Shown in pieces: positions 55,131 through 64,000 of a stretch of 64,000 nucleotides of DNA. Source of the DNA: Octopus vulgaris. Lineage: Eukaryota. Location of the stretch: contig OX597822.1 in the NCBI GenBank assembly GCA_951406725.2, forward strand, positions 14,384,001 to 14,448,000, in the 5' to 3' direction. The position numbers were made by a program, and so were the translations under genes. Within the stretch, counting starts at the first letter, position 1. Every line of letters starts with the position of its first letter. The notes under the pieces are model-generated. The model was not told the origin of the DNA and did not search any database. It worked only from the letters and a program-made list of their open reading frames with translations.

Positions 55131-55540
55131 AGGCGCAGGCTTGGCCTGTGTGGTAAAAAGCTTGCTTCCCAACCACATGGTTCCGGGTTCAGTCCCACTG
55201 CGAGGCACCATGGGCAAGTGTTATCTGCTATAGCCTCAGACCGACTATTGCCTTGCGAGTGGATTTGGTAGATGGAAACTGAAAGAAGCCCGTCGTATTG
55301 ATATGAGTGTGTGTGTGTGTGTGGGTGTATTTGTGTGTCTGTGTTTGTCACCACCCCCACTATCGCTGGACAACTGATGTTGGTGTATTTACGTCTCTGA
55401 AACATAGCGGCTCGGCAAAATAAACCGATAGAATAAGTACCATGCTTTCAAAGAAGTCAGGGGTCTAATTTATTCGACTAAATAAGCAACATGGCCGCAG
55501 TCAAATGACTGAAACAAATAAAAGAATAAAAGAATAAAAG
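55131..55540 (+). mobile_element. SINE family A, full length
   Basis: Head aggcgcagg...gggttcagtccc; tail catggccgcagtcaaatgactgaaac(aaataaaag)n. Confidence 0.85.
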
Positions 55541-55734
55541 AAACGCACGTGCGGGCGCAACCACTCGGATATTTGCAAACACGGATGCACTCATGTAAGC
55601 ACAGACACATACACACACATATCCGAATAGACATTCACATACACATTCATGGGTCTATACACAGACACATTCATACACACGCTCACACATATACGTCCAT
55701 TTTTGTCCATTCACAAATAAACTCACTCAAGCTC

Positions 55735-55771
55735 TTGCATACATACACACATACATACATACATACATACA

Positions 55772-55805
<34 letters not shown>

Positions 55806-55931
55806 CATAAATACATACATATATACATAAATACATAGATACATACATACATACATACACACATATATACATACATACATATATACATAAATACATAGAT
55901 ACATACATACATATATACATACATACATACA

Positions 55932-55965
<34 letters not shown>

Positions 55966-55995
55966 CATAAATACATACATACATACATACACATA
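55735..55995. repeat. (CATA)n compound microsatellite (one of many TA/CA/GATA/CATA tracts across the window)
   Basis: Direct reading. Confidence 0.9.
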
Positions 55996-56284
55996 AAAGC
56001 TCAGACACCAACACAGACATACAGATACACTCTCAAACTCATACACTCACACACACATGCACACACATTCACACACACACACACACACAAGACCACACAA
56101 ACGGGTTCACGCCCAGCTATACATACACTTACATACGCTTCGGTTCTTACGCACATACACACACGTACAACCATGTGCACACTCACTCACCCTCTACACA
56201 CAGACACACATACACAGACACACTTTCATACATTCACATGCAGATACTCCCAACCTCTTGCACTCACACACCCGCACACCCACA

Positions 56285-56340
<56 letters not shown>

Positions 56341-56660
56341 CACATACATACATACGCGCGTGTACAGGCACGCACATACGGATACAAGATATTTCCTGTC
56401 CGTCGGGGTTAAGCTAAATGAAATGCTTATCCAAAACTCGTTAATCCGGAAAAACATTCACGCCCACATACACCCACCCACCCACACCCACCCACCCACA
56501 TACACACACTCACACTCACGCTCACACTTTACCAATAAACACTCATACAAACATGCACCTCATACATATTAACACAGTTACCGCCGTTTCCTTCCCCACC
56601 ACAACCTCCACCACCACAGAAAGAAACAAATGCACACGTACACGCTCAGATGCACAGAGG

Positions 56661-56695
<35 letters not shown>

Positions 56696-57060
56696 CGGAC
56701 AGAGAGAAAGAGAGAGAGAGAGGGAGCGGATAGAGAGAAAGAGAGAGAATAGATAGAGATGGGAGAGACCGTGCATGTGAGAGAGAAGAATAAAGAGAAA
56801 AAAAGGAACTTCGAAACAATCTTCTTCCACCCCTCCCTCTTTACTCCTTTTCTCTATACCTCCTTTCCTTCTTCATCACCTCCGTCTCCCCTTTCCCTAA
56901 CCCCCCAACTCACTCTCTCCTCCTACCCCTGCCTCCTGTTCCGGTTGACCTTGTCGCCATCTTTCCGCAATCATATTACCATTTCATGCAGTCTTTCGCG
57001 GGACGCCCGCTGTTTTCGCCATGGGAAGTCTTGCAAGTGGTGTGCGTAACATTGTGTGTG

Positions 57061-57123
<63 letters not shown>

Positions 57124-58141
57124 GTAAGTATGTGTCTATGTGGGTGTTTGTGCGTGCGGTTTATGTGGTCGTGTGATTTTACGGCGCTGTGTATTTTTCT
57201 GTGATTGTGTGTGTGCATGTTTATGGCCATAGGTGTGGTTGGTTGTTTTCGTAAGTTTTATGTGTAGTTGTTGTTGCCATCGTTTTTGTTAATGTTCAGT
57301 CGCATGATCAAAACCAATCAATTAGTGACCATCCCATCTTATTATCAAATCCAGTATGACATTCGTCAATTTGTCCTAAGCGGTGGGGGTTGATTTGGGT
57401 GCTATTTCTAGCATATCGTACGTCCATGTTAAGTTTTCTCGTTGCGTGGGTTAATATGTACATGTGCGTGTGTGGTGTGCGCGTGTGAGTAATTGTGATG
57501 AGTTTTGTGTGTGTGCGAATGTGTATGAATGTGTATGTGTGTGTGCGTGTATACGGGTGTGTGTGTGTCTGTGTGTATGCATATGGTATTTGTTAATTAT
57601 ACGTGTATGTGTATATTTTCAATTTTGCTCTTTTTCTTTCTTTGTGGTCAACTTAATATTGTGGACGCCATTTTAAAGCGCAGTCGACCGTCAATCAAAT
57701 ATGGCGAATGTTCTTTCCTTTTCTACTGCTTCTCTCTCTCTTTCTCTCTCTTCCCTCTTCGCTTTCCCTTTCTCCATCCCCACTCTCTTTCTTCATTCCT
57801 CTCTCTTTCTCTCACTTTTCTTTCTTTCTCACTCACTGTCCTTCTCGCTACATAGATGCACAAATATAGAGAGAAGGAGGCTGACAAATATATCCATTCA
57901 CAAGCGTGTGCCTGTGTACAATGAGTAACGAAAGACAGAAATATCTGCGCATGTGCAGTGCATGATTATATGTGTTTCGTGCATTTTAGAAAGTACTTCT
58001 GCAATATTTACTGATTTGTGGTTTTCTTAATGTCTGATGACGCAATTTTAATGATGACGCGAGCTGCAGACGGAGAGAGGAAATTAACGACGTACAATTA
58101 GACTCCTACTTCACCCATTACCTTCGTCTCAATCCCTCACT

Positions 58142-58193
<52 letters not shown>

Positions 58194-58753
58194 TGCATAT
58201 ATATTCTTTTATTTGTTTCAGTCATTTGACTGTGGTTATGCTGGACCACCACCTTTAGTCGAAAAAATCGACCCCAGAACGTAGTCATTGTAAGCCTTGT
58301 ACTTATTTTATCGGTATCTTTGCCGAACCGCTAAGTTACGGTGACGTAAACACACCAGCATCCGCTGTCAAGCGATGGTGGTGGTGGTGGGGTAAACACA
58401 GACACAGACACCTAGACACAGACACACACATATATATATACATATATATAAATGAGTAACAGTAAAGGTACAGGTGGCAATCCATTACGGCCGTTTCTAA
58501 CGACTCCTTTAATTAATCAATGAAAACATTACATCATTGTAAAGAAACCCTGACTGTATACTTAATATAATATACATGTCTGAATAGTTCAAGAGCGGTT
58601 TTCTTTCTTCAGCTGTGTCTAATTATCTACATACACTGCAAGAATCTCATTCGGTTGGTACTTCTGTATCAAAGTTGATATATACTTAATATTGTTGTGC
58701 GTGTATATTATTCGGACCTAAACAGATTCCTCAATTTAAGTACCTAATTCAAC

Positions 58754-58820
<67 letters not shown>

Positions 58821-58821
58821 C

Positions 58822-58899
<78 letters not shown>

Positions 58900-58903
<4 letters not shown>

Positions 58904-59990
58904 GTCATCCCATAAGTCTTGTCCGAATTTTGAATAAAGAAAACAAGTGATCAAATGTTATATTTAATTGAAATTTAATCATCAATGTACATACCCTGAT
59001 TATCTATGATTTCCTTCCATCTGTGTACAAGCTTTTTAATCCCATCAATGTAAATTCTTTTGGTTTCAAAGGGAGAACTCTGAAATGTCAGTTTGGACCT
59101 CCTCCTGGCTTCCGAAAGTTACGTCCCCCAAATGATTCTGTAAATTACGAAACAAATGGTAGTCTGAAGCAGCATGGTCGGGAGAATAAGGTGGATGAGG
59201 AATTTTTTCTCAACCAAGCACTTCGATCTTCTGTGATGTAGTCTTTGCAGTGTGGGGTCACGCATTATGATGAAACATAACTCCTTTTCGCTTCACTAAA
59301 GCGGGTCTTTTGTCTTCTTCAAAGCTTGGTTCAAACGCTCTAATTGTTGACAGTAGACTTGAGCATTGATTGTTGCATTAGGTGGTAACAATTCAATGTG
59401 AAATACTCCCTTGCAATCCCACCAGATTGAGAGAAGAACCTTTTCCCCATAAAGTTCCCTTCTCGGTTGTGATTGAGCTTTTCCCCTTTTACCAAGCCAC
59501 TGTTTACGACGTTTAACATTTCGATAGAAGATCCATTTCTCGTCACCAGTCACAAGTCTACACAAAAAAGGTGAAATGAGTTCGCGAGAATGGAGAGAAG
59601 AGCAGATGTCAACACGGGGTTTGCGGTTGCTTTCGGACAATTCAAACCCCGTGTTGACATCTGCTCTTCAAAATTTAAGAACCTTTCCAAGTTATTGACG
59701 ATGACGATGAACAGTTGTATGGTTTGAACTAAGCTTTATTACCAATTCTTCAACTGATACTGAAGGATTTTCTTCATGTAATGCCCCAAGGAGCTTATCA
59801 TCAAACTCAACTGGACGTCCTGTTCGATCTTCATCTTCAACGCTGAAATCTCCACTTCTGAAATTTGCAAACCATCTCCTGCAAGTTCTTTCATTCAAGC
59901 ATTCTTTCCCATAAACCGCGTGGATGTTTCGAGTCGCTTCAGCTGCAGAGTTTCCTTTTTTGTTCTCATAAAGCAGTATGGGATTATCTG
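58900..59990 (-). mobile_element. Mariner (DD34D) transposon, degenerate and 5'-truncated
   Basis: WFANFRSGDFSVEDEDRTGRP, LVTGDEKW, WWDCKG, YCQQLERL, PHPPYSPDHAASDYHLF; terminal TA|tcaggtcatcccataag in (TA)n. Confidence 0.92.
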
Positions 59991-60107
59991 ATATATATAC
60001 GTCTTTGTTTCTTTTTCTTTTCTTTTTCGCTCCCTCCTCCCTACTCTTAAGATATACTTCCCATTTCTCTCGTATGTAATAACTGTCCTGTATATGTATA
60101 CATTAGT

Positions 60108-60370
60108 GGAGGCGCGTGGCTTAGTGGTTAGGGTGTCAGCATCATGATCGTAAGATTGTGGTTTCGATTCCTGGACCGGGCAACACGTTGTGTTCTTGAG
60201 CAGAACACTTCATTTCACGTTGCTCCAGTTCACTCAGCTGGCAAAAATGAGTAACGCTGCGATGGACTGGCGTCCCGTCCAGCTAGGAAACCCATACGCC
60301 ATTGAAACTGGGAAACCGGGCCCATGAACCTGTCTAGGCTTTAAAAGGGCGCATTTATTTTATTTATTAT
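60108..60370 (+). mobile_element. tRNA-derived SINE (CORE-like), well preserved
   Basis: A box tggcttagtggtta, B box ggtttcgattcc, cttgagcagaacac core, (tttat)n tail. Confidence 0.85.
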
Positions 60371-61018
60371 ATGTATACACTAAAACGTTTTATTCGCGTG
60401 CTTGTATTGCGTCATATATGTATATGTGTATTTATGTATATATTTATGTCTTACATATATATGTATACGCCAAGAGATTTTATACGCGTGCATGTATACG
60501 TGCATATATGTATATTTGTGTATTTGTGCATATATTTATGTCTTATATATATATATGTCTAAATATGTATATAACTATGTACATTTATCTGTAGATTTTT
60601 CGTGTATATATGTATATTATAGATGGTCTAGTATGCGTATATACTGCTGAAAAAATATTTCAGTAATATAAGCATGACATCTTTAATTTTAATATTAATG
60701 TATTAATAGACTTATATTTCGTGCATGATTATTTGGAATCTGTCTTTCGATTTACGATTTTCTTCCATTTTACAATAGGATGGATTTATTTTGTTCATTG
60801 CATGCATAAGACTGTTAGTTGAAAGGACCAATGAAACAAAAGCATTTCCAAAGGCGTATCCTTTAAGCTAGTTGTTTGATTTTGTTTGATTATAACGTCA
60901 TTTCTGTTCCATTCTAACAAAACTCTCCGGTGAACGGGAACGTGAAACTCTGAGTAACAGATTTTGTGATATTTCAGCTGCTTTTAAATAAAGTATATAT
61001 ACATACACACACACACAT

Positions 61019-61114
<96 letters not shown>

Positions 61115-61205
61115 CGTGTATGTATGTATAAATTTTTATTGTAATAATTACTGCTCTATTCCTTAGAGTGAGCTTCTTTTCATATATATGTTTTATTGAC
61201 TAAAT

Positions 61206-61237
<32 letters not shown>

Positions 61238-61360
61238 GTATGTTGATGCAAACAGGAAGAATATAACTCAAAATATATGCATATTTTCTATTAGTATTTA
61301 ACGGAAGTAACAGAGTGACTCATGGTTCGAGAGTTTCGTACGATGTTATAAATATATGTA

Positions 61361-61530
61361 CTAGCTGTTGGACCCGGCGTTGCTCATGTTTTTCGTGTTG
61401 AAGTTAAGCCCACCTCTGATCTTGTGTTGAAATTTACTACGTTTACGGTACCAACTATTACCCTTTAAGATGTTATATCTGGTTCGGCAGGGATTTTACC
61501 CGGTTAATGCTTTCCACATACTCCTACATA
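61361..61530 (-). mobile_element. Helitron 3' end fragment
   Basis: Minus strand gagcaacgccgggtccaacagCTAG|T. Confidence 0.6.
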
Positions 61531-61581
61531 CTGATACACACACCTCGATACATACGTAGATACACACACACACAGACACAC

Positions 61582-61617
<36 letters not shown>

Positions 61618-62389
61618 TTGATGGGCTTCATTCAGTTTCCACGTATCAAATCCATTCACATGGCTCTTGTCGTCCCGCTTCTATAGTAGGAGACACCCAA
61701 GTTGTCACAGACTCATGTGATTGCGAAGAAAACCTCTCACCACAGAGCGTCGCCTGCGCGTACACACACGCACACACACGCATACACACACACATGCACA
61801 CACAAACACAAGCACACACACATACACACACATACACACACATACACGCATACACACACAAAAACAAACATACACGCCCATATACGTGCACAGACTGACA
61901 GTTACACGCACAGACACACACAGATATATACACACTTATGCACTATGTAACATGTATATATGTACAAAGACAGGATGGTCAGGGCCTGAATGTCTTCGAA
62001 AATATGTCTAAAATATATCTTTTGGTCAGTGCTAACCTGGAGCATGACAACAGCAACAACAACACATTCAACAACAAACGACAACGTCAACAGCACGTGT
62101 GACCGGAAGCCGTGTATTATTGGAGAGGCGTGTGCAGCGACGTCTGCAGGCGGAAGCTGTTTGTTGTTGTAGGTTCAAGATGTCACCTCAATGGTAACAT
62201 TTTGTAAAGTTTCGATTATTTCCAAATAAATTCTCTATCGTTTGCATTGAGGAATCGAGATACAATGAGGCAGGAAGTGTTGAAGTGTGCTTGGACGTGT
62301 GCCTTGTGCATGTATGTATGTATGCGAGTAGTGTTTTGTGTATACATGCATGCATGCGCGTGTTTTTGAATATATATATAAATATATGA

Positions 62390-62444
<55 letters not shown>

Positions 62445-62573
62445 AGTGTGTCAGTGTATGCATTCCGCATGGCTGAATGATTTGTTATGCGTACTTATAC
62501 ATTTATATGTACTCGTACATACTCATGTCTCTCTCACCCGTAATATATACATACAGACATATATGCATAAATA

Positions 62574-62644
<71 letters not shown>

Positions 62645-62649
62645 GGTAT

Positions 62650-62682
<33 letters not shown>

Positions 62683-64000
62683 TATATATACATACATATA
62701 TATACATACGTATATATGAATACGCGCGCACACACATATGATGTTATACATGAAGTTACCAAGAATATTTTCTCGCTTGCGTTTATTTTAATTAAAAAAT
62801 AAATCGTAATTCCTTTTATTAGTCAACTAATAAAAGGTGCTTCTAACATATACCCCAGGCTTGACGTCTTTGCAGAGAGGGTAGCACGTGTACATTGAAA
62901 CCAGTCCTTGATTTCTACTTTCGCTATTCAGCACGGATGAATGTAAAGTGAAGTTGACCAATGCCGAGTTTGAACTCAAATTGTTAAGAACCAAAACAGC
63001 TATCGCAAATCATTTTGCCCCACGCTCTAACGATTCTGCCAATTAACTCTAAAACAGACACAAAGAGAACAGCAATTTGGAGGCGGATTTTAGTTGATTA
63101 AATCGGTGCCATTATTTAGTCTGGTCCTTAATACTTTCCAGTCGTAAAACAAACTACCTCGGCTAGTTTTGAACTCATAAAGAACAGGATCAGCACTTGC
63201 AAGGTATTTTCGAACGCCGTAACTATTCTACTAGTGCTCAACCCTTGATATTAATAATAATAAAGGCGGTGAGCTGGTAGCATCGTTATCGCTCTGGGCA
63301 AAATGCTTAGCGGCATTTCGCCTGTTTTTACGTTCCGAGTTCAAATTACGCCTATGTAGGTTTAGATTTTATCCTTACGGGACCGATAAAATAAGTACCA
63401 GTACAGCACTTGGGTCGATGTATTTGAATTATCTCTTCCTCAAAATTGCTGACCCCATGCCAAAATTTGAAACCAATATTAATGATAAAACTAAAAAAGG
63501 TTTCAAGCTAATTCGATTAGATATTTATTGAAAATATATATCGTAATGTATCCAATCAATCAGTTACGGTTTATATCAAGCTGAAGGTTTGTAAAAAGAA
63601 TGACATTGCCCTCTGCGTGATTACCACCAATTAGAAATTCTAAGATCTTCGTAATAGAATTTGAAAAATTAAATATGTGAACTCTATGTATTTCTTTCCT
63701 CGTATTCTTTATTATCCAGTTATACTTTTTGATCCCACGTCACGTTGTGAAGAGATTGTTACCTCATTCTGTTGGCAGCCATTGCCCGAGGAAACCACTA
63801 GTGTTTAAATATATCTTATAAATGTTCGTGTTGTGGTTAAAAGAAATCTCATATTTATTGTATAAATTAAAATGTAATGATGGGGTGGTTCTCACCTTAA
63901 AATTTCACAAAGAATGCATAAAGAAATGTAGATCTAAGATCGACATTCTTGTAAGCAGGAACGGTCACTGATGGGATACCAGTGGTCGTAGGTCTGCTGC

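Noticed and set aside
60108-60185. tRNA gene (also at 1878, 7619 and 15670)
   Set aside because: tRNA-like A/B boxes continue into SINE cores and tails; no full cloverleaf

Overview
AT-rich, microsatellite-saturated animal genomic DNA. The SINE and simple-repeat landscape suggests a cephalopod such as Octopus, but this is inference. There is one clear host gene: a minus-strand Fer3/NATO3 (FERD3L)-type bHLH transcription factor whose ORF lies in one exon (33352-34827) and carries very large poly-N/H/Q/P/A expansions. Nearly all other ORF-track entries are microsatellite read-throughs or transposon debris: Helitrons, mariners, MITEs, CR1-like and RLE-type LINEs, and several tRNA-derived SINE families. 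The most striking unannotated signal is a dense set of (TA)n-embedded fold-back elements derived from Penelope-like retroelements (PLEs). They carry minimal type-I hammerhead ribozymes (CTGANGA - stem II - GAAA - palindromic stem III - GTA/GTC/ATA). About nine copies are present in 64 kb. Several are intact, one shows a compensatory U3-A8 core, and some are directly linked to PLE GIY-YIG or RT fragments. Candidate extra exons and regulatory islands for the bHLH gene are also noted. Repeat boundaries are approximate and were read by eye.
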